Below, piece after piece: positions 35,966-48,323 of a stretch of 62,678 nucleotides of DNA. Position numbers and translations under genes: made by a program. The DNA is from Burkholderiales bacterium. GTDB lineage: Bacteria > Pseudomonadota > Gammaproteobacteria > Burkholderiales > SG8-39. The first letter of the stretch is position 1, and each line of letters begins with the position of its first letter. The notes under the pieces were generated by a model, which saw only the letters and a list, made by a program, of their open reading frames with translations, was not told the origin of the DNA and did not search any database. The DNA lies in the NCBI GenBank assembly GCA_036274335.1, contig DASUFW010000307.1, positions 1 to 62,678 on the forward strand, read 5' to 3'.

Positions 35966-37420
35966 TCACAGGACGCGCCGAATATCCGAAAAAGGCCGGG
36001 GGGTGAGGGGGAAGGCCTTTTGGTAGCGGGGAGGCAGCCGTTTGGCGGCCTGCGCCGCGCTCGCGGCATCGGCAAAATCTCCGTAGACCGCCCAAATCCT
36101 GTACTTGCCGGCCTCCGGAACGGGGACGACATAGAGGTTCTCCAGCGGCACCAGGTCCCGTGCCCGCTGCAGAAAGCGCTCGACCCGGGCCGGATCGCTG
36201 TTGTCGGAGATGTACAGCTCCAGGGTCATACGATTGTCCGGTGCTGCGGCCAGCTTGTCGTGGGTCGCGGAGAGCCGGGCGGTCAGCAGCGGCAGCCGGG
36301 CAGCCGAGTAGCCCGCAAAGGCAGCCTCCTGATCACGGTCCAGCAGGGACGGTGGCGGCCGGGAGGGGAGCACCGCCACGGCGGCGGCAACCGAGGCCAT
36401 CGCAGGTGCAGCGTGCGAGTCGGGAGGTTGCGGGGCCGGGGGAGGCCGAGAGACCGGCAGGCTGCGAATCTCTCCGCTGGCCTGCACGGGGGCCGGTCCG
36501 GGGCCGGGCGCGCCGAACTCGAGGATGCGATAGGCCGCCAAGCCGACGAGCAGTCCCGCTGCGCCGGCGCCCGCCGCCAGCCACAAACCGAGGGGTTGGC
36601 GGCGGCGAGGCGCGAACTCCGAGTCTCCGACCGCCGCCCGGACCTGCTTGGCCGTGACCGCATGGGTGCCCTCGCTGAACGCGGCCAGCAGCGACTTGTC
36701 CGCGAGGATGTTGATGCGCCGCGTGAGGCCCCCGGAGGCGCGCGCGATACGCGTCAGCGCCTGGGGCGTGAAGACCTCGGGGCCACGATATCCCGCGGCG
36801 CGCATGCGGAAGGACACGTAGGTCGCGACCTCCGCCGCGGACAGCGGCCGGGTGCGAAAGCTGTGCGTGATGCGGTCCTTGAGCTGGCGCATCGACGACT
36901 TGTCGAGGATGTCGTCGAGCTCCGATTGCCCGAACAGCACGATCTGCAGGAGCTTGTGCCGGCTGGTCTCCAGATTGGACAGCAGCCGCACCTGCTCGAG
37001 CGCGTCCTCGGGCATGGCGTGGGCCTCATCGATCAGCACGACCGTACGCCGGCCCCGCGCGAAGGACTCGATCAGCCGCTCCTGCAGCGCGTGGAGCACG
37101 CCCGTGGCGCGCCCGGGCGTGACGGCGACCTTGAGCTCGTCGGCGACCGTGAGCAGCACCTCGTCGCGCGTGACCGACGGATTGGCCAGGTAGATGGTCT
37201 CGACGTGCGGCGGCAGCCGCTCCATCAGCATGCGGCACAGCATGGTCTTGCCGCTGCCGACTTCGCCAACCACCTTGACGATGCCCTCCTCGTGCAGCGT
37301 CGCGTACTGCAGGGCCTCCAGGGTCGTGCCGCGGTCCGCGCCGTCGAAGAAGAAATCGGTATGCGGCGTGATCCGGAACGGCGCTTCGTTCAACCCGAAA
37401 TGCTCGAGATACAGCGACAT
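35966..37420 (-). CDS. mshM: ExeA/MshM-like AAA+ ATPase with a TM segment and a C-terminal SPOR-like domain
   Basis: 484 aa. N-terminus YLEHFGLNEAPF, Walker A GEVGSGKT, TM at aa 277-299, a Pro-rich linker and a C-terminal module of about 90 aa that resembles SPOR. Confidence 0.85.
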   Translation of the reverse strand: MSLYLEHFGLNEAPFRITPHTDFFFDGADRGTTLEALQYATLHEEGIVKVVGEVGSGKTMLCRMLMERLPPHVETIYLANPSVTRDEVLLTVADELKVAVTPGRATGVLHALQERLIESFARGRRTVVLIDEAHAMPEDALEQVRLLSNLETSRHKLLQIVLFGQSELDDILDKSSMRQLKDRITHSFRTRPLSAAEVATYVSFRMRAAGYRGPEVFTPQALTRIARASGGLTRRINILADKSLLAAFSEGTHAVTAKQVRAAVGDSEFAPRRRQPLGLWLAAGAGAAGLLVGLAAYRILEFGAPGPGPAPVQASGEIRSLPVSRPPPAPQPPDSHAAPAMASVAAAVAVLPSRPPPSLLDRDQEAAFAGYSAARLPLLTARLSATHDKLAAAPDNRMTLELYISDNSDPARVERFLQRARDLVPLENLYVVPVPEAGKYRIWAVYGDFADAASAAQAAKRLPPRYQKAFPLTPRPFSDIRRVL

Positions 37421-37424
37421 GCGC

Positions 37425-38829
<1,405 letters not shown>

Positions 38830-38849
<20 letters not shown>

Positions 38850-39573
38850 GCACGCAACGCAGGTAGGCGCGCTCGAGATTGGGCTCCGCGTAGCGCGCGC
38901 ACAGCTCGGCGGGCGAGCCGCGGAAGCGCAGCCGGCCGCGCTCGAGCACGGCGATCCCGGAGCACAGCTCCTCGACGTCCGAGAGCACATGCGAGGTGAA
39001 CAGCAGCGTGCGCCCCTCGCGGCGCAGCCGCGCCAGCACTGCCTTGACCGCCAGGCGGCTGGCGGGGTCGAGCCCGCTCATCGGCTCGTCGAGCACGGTC
39101 AGTTCCCGGGCGAGGAGGAACCCGCCGGCGAGGCCGAGCTTCTGCGTCATGCCCTTGGACAGTTCGCGGACCGGGCGCTCGAGGGCGTCGGCCTCGAGCG
39201 CGAGCTCGTCCAGCAGGGCGCGCGCCTCGGCCTCCCGGTACGCGCCGCCGCCCAGCTGCACGGTCATCGCCAGGAACTCGCGCCCCCGCAGGTAGTGCGG
39301 CGGCAGGAACCGCTCGGGCACGTAGGCCAGGCGCACGCGGGACTCGGCCCGGCTGCTCACCACGTCGAAGATCTCGATGCGCCCGGCGTCGAAGGCGCAG
39401 AAGTCAAGCATGCATTTGAGCAGCGTGGTCTTGCCGGCGCCGTTCGCGCCCACCAGCCCGAACGCCTCGCCCTGCGCGACCTCGAGGTCGACGCCGCGGA
39501 GCGCCTCCCGCGCGCCGAAGCGCTTGGTGAGGCCCGTCACGCGCACGGCGGCGCCGGTCACGGCTCTGTCCAC
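38830..39573 (-). CDS. ABC transporter ATP-binding protein (ABC-2/DRR-type)
   Basis: 247 aa with a GTG start. Walker A GANGAGKTT, signature LSKGMTQKL, Walker B LTVLDEP. First gene of the pilus operon. Confidence 0.85.
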
Positions 39574-39608
39574 GCCCCTACTATATTGGAATCCGGCATG
39601 GCTCGATC

Positions 39609-40481
<873 letters not shown>

Positions 40482-40484
40482 GCC

Positions 40485-41270
40485 ATGCGCGCGCTGCTCG
40501 TCCGGCTCGGCTCGAAAGTCACCCACGGCGTCTGGCGGCTCGGCTACGCGGCCCGCTTCTTCGTCTATCTGCTCATGCACTCGGGCACCGCGCTGCGGCG
40601 CTTTCGCCTCACGCTGCGCGAGATCTATTTCGCCGGCGTGCTCTCGCTCATCATCATCCTGGTCTCGGGACTGTTCGTCGGCATGGTGCTCGGGCTGCAG
40701 GGCTACGACACGCTGCAGCGCTACGGCTCCTCGGAGGCGCTCGGCGTGCTGGTCGCGCTGTCGCTGGTGCGCGAGCTGGGGCCGGTGGTCGCCGGGCTGC
40801 TGTTCGCCAGCCGCGCGGGCAGCGCCATAACCGCCGAGATCGGCCTCATGAAGGCGACCGAGCAGCTCTCGGCCATGGAGATGATGGCGGTCGATCCGAT
40901 CGCGCGCGTGGTGGCGCCGCGCTTCTGGGGCGGCGTGATCTCGATGCCGCTGCTCGCGGCGCTGTTCTCGGCGATGGGCGTGTTCGGCGGCTACCTGGTC
41001 GGCGTGGTGCTGATCGGCGTGGACCAGGGCGCGTTCTGGTCGCAGATGCAGGCGGCCGTGGACGTGCGCAACGACATCCTGAACGGCGTGATCAAGAGCC
41101 TGGTGTTCGGCGTGGCGGTGACGCTGATCGCCGTGTTCGAGGGCTACGACGCCGCGCCGACGGCAGAAGGCGTCTCGGGGGCCACGACGCGCACCGTGGT
41201 CACCTCTTCGCTCGCCATCCTGGCGCTGGACTTCGTGCTCACGGCGCTCATGTTTACCGGAGGAAACTGA
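40485..41270 (+). CDS. mlaE: Phospholipid ABC transporter permease MlaE
   Basis: 261-aa polytopic protein of MlaE/Ttg2B type, between mlaF and mlaD. Confidence 0.9.
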   Translation: MRALLVRLGSKVTHGVWRLGYAARFFVYLLMHSGTALRRFRLTLREIYFAGVLSLIIILVSGLFVGMVLGLQGYDTLQRYGSSEALGVLVALSLVRELGPVVAGLLFASRAGSAITAEIGLMKATEQLSAMEMMAVDPIARVVAPRFWGGVISMPLLAALFSAMGVFGGYLVGVVLIGVDQGAFWSQMQAAVDVRNDILNGVIKSLVFGVAVTLIAVFEGYDAAPTAEGVSGATTRTVVTSSLAILALDFVLTALMFTGGN

Positions 41271-41271
41271 A

Positions 41272-41748
41272 ATGACCCGTTCCACCATCGATCTCTGGGT
41301 CGGCTTGTTCGTCGCCATGGGCCTGGGGGCGCTCCTGTTCCTCGCGCTCAAGGTCGGCAACCTGGCGTCGTTCTCCACGGCCGACACCTACCATCTGGAA
41401 GCGCGCTTCTCCAACATCGGCGGCCTCAAGGTGCGCGCGCCGATCAAGAGCGCGGGCGTGGTGGTCGGGCGGGTCGGCGAGATCGGCTTCGACGGCCAGA
41501 CCTACGAGGCCGTGGTGACGCTCAACGTCGACGCGCGCTACAAGTTCCCGCGCGACACGTCGGCCAAGATCCTGACCTCCGGACTGCTCGGCGAACAGTA
41601 CATCGGCATGGAGGCGGGCGCCGATACGCGCATGCTGGACAACGGCGGCAAGGTGCGCCTGACCCAGTCGGCAGTGGTGCTGGAGAACCTGATCAGCCAG
41701 TTCCTGTTCAACAAGGCCGCCGAAGGCGGCCCGCAGGACAAGAAGTGA
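41272..41748 (+). CDS. mlaD: MCE-domain phospholipid-binding protein MlaD
   Basis: 158 aa with an N-terminal TM followed by an MCE domain (GGLKVRAPIKSAGVVVGRV). Confidence 0.9.
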   Translation: MTRSTIDLWVGLFVAMGLGALLFLALKVGNLASFSTADTYHLEARFSNIGGLKVRAPIKSAGVVVGRVGEIGFDGQTYEAVVTLNVDARYKFPRDTSAKILTSGLLGEQYIGMEAGADTRMLDNGGKVRLTQSAVVLENLISQFLFNKAAEGGPQDKK

Positions 41749-42440
41749 AGGGGCGCATGCTCGCACTGGCGCTGCTGGTCGCCGCGTCGGGGTGCGCCAG
41801 CACCGGCGATCCGCGCGATCCGCTGGAGGGCATGAACCGCGGCGTGCTCGCGTTCAACGACGCCGCCGACAACGCGGTGCTCAAGCCCGTGGCGCGCGCC
41901 TACAACTACGTGACCCCCGAGCCTTTGCGCGCCATGGTGCGCAATTTCTTCAACAATCTCGGCGATCCGTGGATCGGCACGAACAACCTGCTGCAGGGCA
42001 AGCCGCTCGAGGCCATCACCGACTGGATGCGCTTCGCCATCAATACGACGATCGGCTTCTTCGGCATCATCGACGTGGCGAGCCAGGCGAGGCTGGAAAA
42101 GCACGACGAGGACTTCGGCCAGACGCTCGCGGTCTGGGGCGTCGGCAACGGCCCCTATCTCATGCTGCCGTTTCTCGGGCCGAGCACGACCCGGGACACG
42201 GCCGCCCTGCCGGTCGACTGGTACAAGGACCCTGTCCTGACCGCGCGGCCGATCGCCCTGCGCAACACGGCCACGGCGGTCCGCTTCATCGAGCGGCGCG
42301 CCGACGTGCTGGCCGTGTCCAATACGCTGGAGGAGGCGGCGCTCGACCGCTACGTGTTCCTGCGCGAGGCCTTCTACCAGCACCGGCGCAACCTGATTTA
42401 CGATGGCCGCCCGCCCCGCGAACGGCCGCCGGCCGATTGA
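41745..42440 (+). CDS. mlaA: Outer-membrane lipoprotein MlaA/VacJ
   Basis: GTG start overlaps the mlaD stop. Lipobox VAASGC and the VacJ motif PLEGMNRGVLAFND. Confidence 0.85.
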   Translation: MKGRMLALALLVAASGCASTGDPRDPLEGMNRGVLAFNDAADNAVLKPVARAYNYVTPEPLRAMVRNFFNNLGDPWIGTNNLLQGKPLEAITDWMRFAINTTIGFFGIIDVASQARLEKHDEDFGQTLAVWGVGNGPYLMLPFLGPSTTRDTAALPVDWYKDPVLTARPIALRNTATAVRFIERRADVLAVSNTLEEAALDRYVFLREAFYQHRRNLIYDGRPPRERPPAD

Positions 42441-42451
42441 GGAGACGCACC

Positions 42452-43075
42452 ATGTGGAAGACGCTGGTCATCGTCGCACTTGCGCTGTTCGCCGGCCCCG
42501 CGCCGGCGCAGCAGCCGACCTCGCCCGACGAGCTGGTCAAGAAGGTGATGCTCGACATCCAGAATGCCATCGTTGCCGACAAGGACATGAAGGCCGGCGA
42601 CCGGGACAAGAGCATCCGGCTGATCGAGGAGAAGGCGCTGCCGTACTTCGATCAGAGGGGCATGACGGCGCTCGCGGTCGGCGTCAACTGGCGCAAGGCG
42701 AGCCCGGAGCAGAAGGAGCGCCTGGTGCAGGAGTTCCGCACGCTGATCCTGCGCACCTACGCGAGCTCGATCAGCGCGTTCGCCGACCAGAAGTTCGAGT
42801 TCCGTCCCGTGAAGCTCGCGCCCGAGGACACCGAGACGACCGTGCCGGTGCGCATCGTGCAGTCGGGCTCGCAGCCGGTGCTGGTCGAGTACGACATGGA
42901 GAAGAAGCCCGACGGCTGGAAGTGCTACGACGTGCGCATCGCCGGCGTCAGCCTGGTGATCAACTACCGCACCGAGTTCGGCATCCTCGTGCGGGACAAG
43001 GGCATCGACGGCCTGATCGACGCGCTGACGAAGAAGAACCGCTCGCTCGACGCGAAAGGCGGCGCCGGCAAATGA
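42452..43075 (+). CDS. mlaC: Periplasmic phospholipid-binding protein MlaC (Ttg2D family)
   Basis: ATG at 42452 preceded by GGAGA. 207 aa with a signal peptide. Position in the mla operon. Confidence 0.85.
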   Translation: MWKTLVIVALALFAGPAPAQQPTSPDELVKKVMLDIQNAIVADKDMKAGDRDKSIRLIEEKALPYFDQRGMTALAVGVNWRKASPEQKERLVQEFRTLILRTYASSISAFADQKFEFRPVKLAPEDTETTVPVRIVQSGSQPVLVEYDMEKKPDGWKCYDVRIAGVSLVINYRTEFGILVRDKGIDGLIDALTKKNRSLDAKGGAGK

Positions 43076-43359
43076 CGCATGTCGAGGGCAGCCGCCTGAG
43101 CGTGAGCGGGCCGGCGACGCTCGCCACCGCGACGCGGCTGCTCGAGGAAACGCGCGCCGCGCTGGCGGGCGGCGTGACCGAGGTGGACCTGGGCGAAGTC
43201 ACCGAGCTCGACTCCTCGCTCCTTGCCGTGATCTTCGCCTGGATGCGCGAGGCGCGCGCGCAGGGCCACACCCTTGCCCTGCGCCGAGTGCCGGCCGACC
43301 TGACGAGCCTCGCCCGTCTGTACGGCGTGGCCGAGCTCCTCCCGCAAGACGCCCGCTGA
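43072..43359 (+). CDS. mlaB: STAS-domain protein MlaB
   Basis: ATGA overlap with mlaC. 95 aa and STAS-like (EVDLGEVTELDSSLLAVIFAW). Confidence 0.75.
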   Translation: MTHVEGSRLSVSGPATLATATRLLEETRAALAGGVTEVDLGEVTELDSSLLAVIFAWMREARAQGHTLALRRVPADLTSLARLYGVAELLPQDAR

Positions 43360-43382
43360 ACCCGGCCATCGACGTCGTCGGC

Positions 43383-44087
43383 GTGGAGAAGCGCTACGGC
43401 GCGCTGCGCGCGCTCGCCGGCGTTTCGCTGCAGGTGCTGCCCGGGGAATTCTTCGGGCTGCTCGGGCCGAACGGCGCGGGCAAGACCACCCTCATCAACG
43501 TCATCGCCGGCCTCGCCCGGGCGGACGCGGGGCATGTGCGGGTGCTGGGCGCCGACGTTTCCTCCGAGTACCGGCGCGCGCGGCGCCTCCTCGGGGTCGT
43601 GCCGCAGGAGCTGGTCTTCGACCCTTTCTTCACGGTGCGCGAAACGCTCCGGCTGCAGTCGGGGTACTTCGGCCTGCGCGACAACGACGCCTGGATCGAT
43701 GAAGTCATGCACCACCTCGACCTGGCCGGGAAGGCGGACGCCAACATGCGCGCGCTCTCCGGCGGCATGAAGCGCCGCGTGCTGGTCGCCCAGGCGCTGG
43801 TGCACAAGCCGCCGGTCATCGTCCTGGACGAGCCGACGGCCGGCGTGGACGTGGAGCTGCGCCAGGGCCTGTGGCAGTTCATCCGGCGCCTGAACGGCGA
43901 CGGTCACACCATCGTGCTCACCACGCACTACCTGGAAGAAGCCGAGGAGCACTGCCAGCGCATCGCCATGCTGAAGGCGGGCCGCATCGTCGCGCTCGAC
44001 ACGACCCGCAACCTGCTCGCGAGCTTCGCCGGCCCGCACCCCGCGGACCTCGAGGACGTCTTCCTGCACCTGATGCGCAAGACCTAG
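43383..44087 (+). CDS. ABC-2 type exporter ATP-binding protein
   Basis: Walker [10 protein letters not shown] and signature LSGGMKRR. The GTG start at 43383 leaves an unusually short N-terminus, so the true start may be further upstream (see findings). Confidence 0.85.
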   Translation: MEKRYGALRALAGVSLQVLPGEFFGLLGPNGAGKTTLINVIAGLARADAGHVRVLGADVSSEYRRARRLLGVVPQELVFDPFFTVRETLRLQSGYFGLRDNDAWIDEVMHHLDLAGKADANMRALSGGMKRRVLVAQALVHKPPVIVLDEPTAGVDVELRQGLWQFIRRLNGDGHTIVLTTHYLEEAEEHCQRIAMLKAGRIVALDTTRNLLASFAGPHPADLEDVFLHLMRKT

Positions 44088-44089
44088 CC

Positions 44090-44845
44090 GTGTCCGGCTT
44101 CGCCACGCTGTTCTACAAGGAGGTGCTGCGCTTCTGGAAGGTCGCCTTCCAGACCGTGGGCGGCCCGGTGCTCAGCTCGCTCCTCTACCTGGTCGTCTTC
44201 TCGCAGGTGCTGGGCGAGCGGGTGCGCATGTTCGGCGAGGTGCCGTACACGGCGTTCCTGGTGCCCGGCCTGGTGATGATGAGCCTGCTGCAGAACGCCT
44301 TCGCCAACAGCTCGTCCAGCCTCATCCAGTCCAAGGTCACCGGGAATCTCGTCTTCGTGCTGCTTGCGCCGATCTCGCACGTGGAATTCTTCGCGGCCTA
44401 CGTGCTGGCGTCCGTCGTGCGCGGCCTGGTGGTCGGCGCGGGGGTGCTCGCGATCGGCGTCTGGTTCATCGACCTGCCCATCGCGGCGCCGCTCTGGGTG
44501 CTGGCCTTCGGCCTGCTGGGCGCCGCGCTCGCCGGCGTGCTCGGGCTGCTCGCGGGGCTGTGGGCGGACAAGTTCGACCAGATCGCCGCGTTCCAGAGCT
44601 TCCTGGTCCTGCCGCTCACCATGCTCTCCGGGGTGTTCTACTCGATCCACAGCCTGCCGCCCGCCTGGCAGGCGGTGTCGCGCTTCAATCCCTTCTTCTA
44701 CATGATCGACGGGTTCCGGCACGGCTTCTTCGACGCCGGCGACGTGTCGCCGGCCGCGAGCCTCGCCTTCGTCGCGGTAAGCTTGGCGGTCCTGTCCGGG
44801 CTGGCCATCCGCCTGCTCGCCCGGGGATACAAGATCCGGACCTGA
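44090..44845 (+). CDS. ABC-2 type exporter permease
   Basis: GTG at 44090. 251 aa with six hydrophobic helices, YadH-like. Follows its ATPase gene. Confidence 0.85.
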   Translation: MSGFATLFYKEVLRFWKVAFQTVGGPVLSSLLYLVVFSQVLGERVRMFGEVPYTAFLVPGLVMMSLLQNAFANSSSSLIQSKVTGNLVFVLLAPISHVEFFAAYVLASVVRGLVVGAGVLAIGVWFIDLPIAAPLWVLAFGLLGAALAGVLGLLAGLWADKFDQIAAFQSFLVLPLTMLSGVFYSIHSLPPAWQAVSRFNPFFYMIDGFRHGFFDAGDVSPAASLAFVAVSLAVLSGLAIRLLARGYKIRT

Positions 44846-44852
44846 GCCCCTT

Positions 44853-45092
44853 ATGGTGACTCCCGAAAGCATCGAGCAAAGCATCCGCGCGGGCCTGGCC
44901 TGCGATCGCGTGGAAGTGATCGGCGATGGCCAGCACTTCCAGGCGCTCATCGTCTCGCCGGCGTTCGCCGGCAAGAGCCGCATCCAGCGCCACCAGCTCG
45001 TGTACGCGGCGCTCGGCGAGCGCATGCGCGAGGAGGTGCACGCGCTCTCCATGAAGACGCTCACGCCCGAGGAAGCGGCCGCCGGTGGATAA
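44853..45092 (+). CDS. ibaG: BolA family protein (IbaG/YrbA-like)
   Basis: 79 aa with the BolA pattern ([17 protein letters not shown]). Conserved position upstream of murA. Confidence 0.8.
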   Translation: MVTPESIEQSIRAGLACDRVEVIGDGQHFQALIVSPAFAGKSRIQRHQLVYAALGERMREEVHALSMKTLTPEEAAAGG

Positions 45093-46338
45093 GCTGCGCA
45101 TCACGGGCGGCCGGCCGCTGGCCGGCGAGGTGCGCATCTCCGGCGCCAAGAACGCCGCGCTGCCGATCATGGCGGCGGCGCTGCTGACCGAGGGGCCGCT
45201 CGCGCTCGAGAACCTGCCGCGCCTGATGGACGTGCGCACCATGGGGCGCCTGCTCGCGCAGATGGGCGTCGAGGTCGGCGCGCAGGACGACGGCCGCCAG
45301 ACGCTGCGGGCCCGCGAGGTTCGCGAGCCGGTCGCCGGCTACGAGCTCGTCAAGACCATGCGGGCGTCCGTGCTCGTGCTGGGGCCGCTGGTCGCCCGCT
45401 GCGGGCAGGCGCGCGTGTCGCTGCCGGGCGGCTGCGCCATCGGCGCGCGGCCCGTGGACCAGCACGTGAAGGGCCTGCAGGCCATGGGCGCCGAGATCTC
45501 GGTGGAGCACGGCTACATGAACGCGCGTGCGCGGCGGCTGCGCGGCGCGCGGATCGCGATGGACCTCGTTACGGTGACGGGCACCGAGAACCTGATGATG
45601 GCCGCGGTGCTCGCCGAGGGGACCACGGTGCTGGAGAACGCCGCCTGCGAGCCCGAGGTGGTGGACCTCGCCCGCTGCCTGGCGGCGATGGGCGCGAAGA
45701 TCGACGGCGCGGGGACACCGACGATCCGCATCGAGGGGGTGGGCTCGCTTTCCGGCGCAACCCATGCGGTGATGCCCGATCGTATCGAGACGGGCACCTA
45801 CCTCGCCGCGGTGGCGGCGGCGGGAGGCGAGGTGACCCTCACCCACGCGGCGCCGGATACGCTCGGGGCCACGCTGGAGAAGCTCCGCGAAGCCGGCGTC
45901 CAGCTGGCGGTGGCCGGGAGCGACCTGCGCGTTCGAGCGGCCGGGCGCCCGAAGAGCGTCAGCGTGAGCACGGCGCCCTACCCGGGGTTCGCGACGGACA
46001 TGCAGGCGCAGTTCATGGCGATGGATTGCGTCGCGGAGGGCACGGCCACCATCACCGAGAACATCTTCGAGAACCGGTTCATGCACGCGCTCGAGCTGCA
46101 ACGCCTGGGGGCGGACATCGCGATCCACGACAACACGGCGGTCGTGAAGGGGGTCGCCCGGCTGCAGGGCGCGACCGTGATGGCGACCGACCTGCGGGCC
46201 TCCGCCAGCCTGGTGGTGGCGGGGCTGGTCGCCCAGGGCGAGACGGTCATCGACCGGATCTACCATCTGGACCGGGGCTACGAGGCCCTGGAACGCAAGC
46301 TGGCCGGGCTGGGCGCGCGGGTCGAGCGGGTGCGCTAA
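45085..46338 (+). CDS. murA: UDP-N-acetylglucosamine 1-carboxyvinyltransferase
   Basis: 417 aa. [28 protein letters not shown] is a canonical MurA N-terminus. Confidence 0.95.
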   Translation: MDKLRITGGRPLAGEVRISGAKNAALPIMAAALLTEGPLALENLPRLMDVRTMGRLLAQMGVEVGAQDDGRQTLRAREVREPVAGYELVKTMRASVLVLGPLVARCGQARVSLPGGCAIGARPVDQHVKGLQAMGAEISVEHGYMNARARRLRGARIAMDLVTVTGTENLMMAAVLAEGTTVLENAACEPEVVDLARCLAAMGAKIDGAGTPTIRIEGVGSLSGATHAVMPDRIETGTYLAAVAAAGGEVTLTHAAPDTLGATLEKLREAGVQLAVAGSDLRVRAAGRPKSVSVSTAPYPGFATDMQAQFMAMDCVAEGTATITENIFENRFMHALELQRLGADIAIHDNTAVVKGVARLQGATVMATDLRASASLVVAGLVAQGETVIDRIYHLDRGYEALERKLAGLGARVERVR

Positions 46339-46364
46339 AATCCTGTTCCGAATCAAGCTTGAAT

Positions 46365-46385
46365 GGGCCCTTCGGGGCCCTTTTT
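46365..46385 (+). terminator. Hairpin terminator after murA
   Basis: GGGCCC-ttcg-GGGCCC (UUCG tetraloop) followed by TTTTT. Confidence 0.6.
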
Positions 46386-46398
46386 CATTGTGACGACG

Positions 46399-47043
46399 AT
46401 GAGCGGCATCGGGCTGGCGCTGTCCAAGGGACGGATCCTGGAGGAGACGGGGCCGCTGCTCGCGCGCGTCGGTCTCGCCCCGAAGGAGGATCCGGAGCGC
46501 TCGCGCAAGCTCATCATCCCCACCGCGCGCCGCGATGTGCGCCTGGTGATCGTGCGCGCGTCGGACACGCCGACCTACGTCGCGCACGGCGCCGCCGACC
46601 TCGGCATCGCCGGCAAGGACGTGCTGGTCGAGCAGGGCGGGGAGGGCCTGTACCAGCCGATCGACCTCGGCATCGCGCGCTGCCGGATGATGGTCGCCGT
46701 GAGAAAGGGCTTCGACTACGCCGGGGCGGTGCGCCAGGGGGCGCGGCTGCGCGTGGCGACCAAGTACCTGAACACCACGCGCGACTTCTTCGCCGACAAG
46801 GGCGTGCACGTCGACCTGATCCGCCTGTACGGGTCGATGGAGCTCGCGCCGATCCTCGGGCTCGCCGACGCGATCGTCGACCTCGTCTCGACCGGCAAGA
46901 CGCTGCGGGCCAACAAGCTGGTGGCGGTCGAGGAGATCATGCCGGTTTCGGCGCGGCTCATCGTCAACGAGGCGGCGCTGAAGACGCGGCGCGCGCTGCT
47001 GCAGCCGCTGATCGACGGCTTTCGCCGCGCGGTGGAGCGATGA
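46399..47043 (+). CDS. hisG: ATP phosphoribosyltransferase, short form
   Basis: The ATG at 46399 ([16 protein letters not shown]) lies downstream of the terminator hairpin. 214 aa, consistent with the HisZ-dependent short form. Confidence 0.9.
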   Translation: MSGIGLALSKGRILEETGPLLARVGLAPKEDPERSRKLIIPTARRDVRLVIVRASDTPTYVAHGAADLGIAGKDVLVEQGGEGLYQPIDLGIARCRMMVAVRKGFDYAGAVRQGARLRVATKYLNTTRDFFADKGVHVDLIRLYGSMELAPILGLADAIVDLVSTGKTLRANKLVAVEEIMPVSARLIVNEAALKTRRALLQPLIDGFRRAVER

Positions 47044-48323
47044 ACATGCGGCGGCTGTCGACTGCGGAGGCGGGCTTCGGGCGCGAGCTCGAGGCGCTGA
47101 CGCGCTACGAGGCGGCGCAGGACGAGGCGGTCGAGGGCGCGGCGCGCGCCATCATCGCGGACGTGCGGCTGCGCGGCGACGCGGCGCTGCTCGAGTACAC
47201 GAGCAAGTTCGACCGCGCGGCCGCGGGCTCGGTGGCCGAGCTCGAGGTGCCGCGCGCGAAGCTCGAGGCGGCGCTCGCCGCGCTGGCGCCCGCGCAGCGC
47301 GCGGCCCTGGAGCAGGCGTCGGCGCGGGTCCGCGCCTTCCACGAGCGCCAGCGGGCCGAGTCCTGGGAATTCACCGATGCGGAAGGCACGCGGCTCGGGC
47401 AGCGCGTCTCGCCGCTCGAGCGGGTCGGCGTGTACGTCCCGGGCGGCAAGGCGGCCTACCCGTCCACGGTGCTGATGAACGTGATCCCGGCCAAGGTGGC
47501 GGGCGTGGGCGAGATCGTCATGGCGAGCCCCAACGCCGAGCCGATGGTGCTCGCCGCGGCCGCGCTCGCCGGCGTGGACCGCGCGTTCTCGATCGGCGGC
47601 GCGCAGGCCGTGGCGGCGCTCGCCTACGGCACGGCGAGCGTGCCGCGCGTGGACAAGATCGTCGGCCCGGGCAATGCCTACGTGGCGGCCGCCAAGCGCC
47701 AGGTGTTCGGGCAGGTGGGCATCGACATGATCGCCGGGCCCTCGGAAATCCTGGTCATCGGCGACGGCACGACGCCCGCCGACTGGGTGGCGCTCGATCT
47801 CTTCTCGCAGGCCGAGCACGACGAGGTGGCGCAGGCGATCCTGCTCTCGCCCTCGGACGAGTACCTGGACGCCGTCGAGGCGAGCATCGCGCGGCTGCTG
47901 CCGACGCTCGAACGCCGCGCGGTCGCGCAGGCCTCGCTCGCCGCGCGCGGCGCGCTCATCCGGACCCGGAGCCTCGAGGAGGCCTGCGCCGTTGCCGACC
48001 GCATCGCGCCCGAGCACCTGGAGCTGTCGGTCGCAGACCCCGAGCCGCTGCTCGCGCGCCTGCGCCACGCCGGCGCCATCTTTCTGGGGCGCTGGAGCTC
48101 GGAGGCGATCGGCGATTACTGCGCCGGGCCGAACCACGTCCTGCCCACCGCGGGCACGGCGCGCTTTTCGTCCCCGCTCGGCGTCTACGACTTCCAGAAG
48201 CGCACGAGCGTGATCGGCGTATCCGAGGCGGGCGCGCGCACGCTCGGGCGCATCGCGGCGACCCTCGCTTCGGGCGAGGGGCTGCAGGCGCACGCGCTGT
48301 CCGCGCAGGCGAGGCTCAAGTGA
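47040..48323 (+). CDS. hisD: Histidinol dehydrogenase
   Basis: ATGA overlap with hisG. 427 aa, HisD-like throughout (e.g. SQAEHDE). Confidence 0.95.
   Translation: MNMRRLSTAEAGFGRELEALTRYEAAQDEAVEGAARAIIADVRLRGDAALLEYTSKFDRAAAGSVAELEVPRAKLEAALAALAPAQRAALEQASARVRAFHERQRAESWEFTDAEGTRLGQRVSPLERVGVYVPGGKAAYPSTVLMNVIPAKVAGVGEIVMASPNAEPMVLAAAALAGVDRAFSIGGAQAVAALAYGTASVPRVDKIVGPGNAYVAAAKRQVFGQVGIDMIAGPSEILVIGDGTTPADWVALDLFSQAEHDEVAQAILLSPSDEYLDAVEASIARLLPTLERRAVAQASLAARGALIRTRSLEEACAVADRIAPEHLELSVADPEPLLARLRHAGAIFLGRWSSEAIGDYCAGPNHVLPTAGTARFSSPLGVYDFQKRTSVIGVSEAGARTLGRIAATLASGEGLQAHALSAQARLK

Noticed and set aside
46363-46398. The longer hisG start at 46363 and a possible his leader peptide
   Set aside because: The extension would be translated straight through the murA terminator hairpin and contains no His codon run. 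The ATG at 46399 gives a canonical HisG N-terminus.
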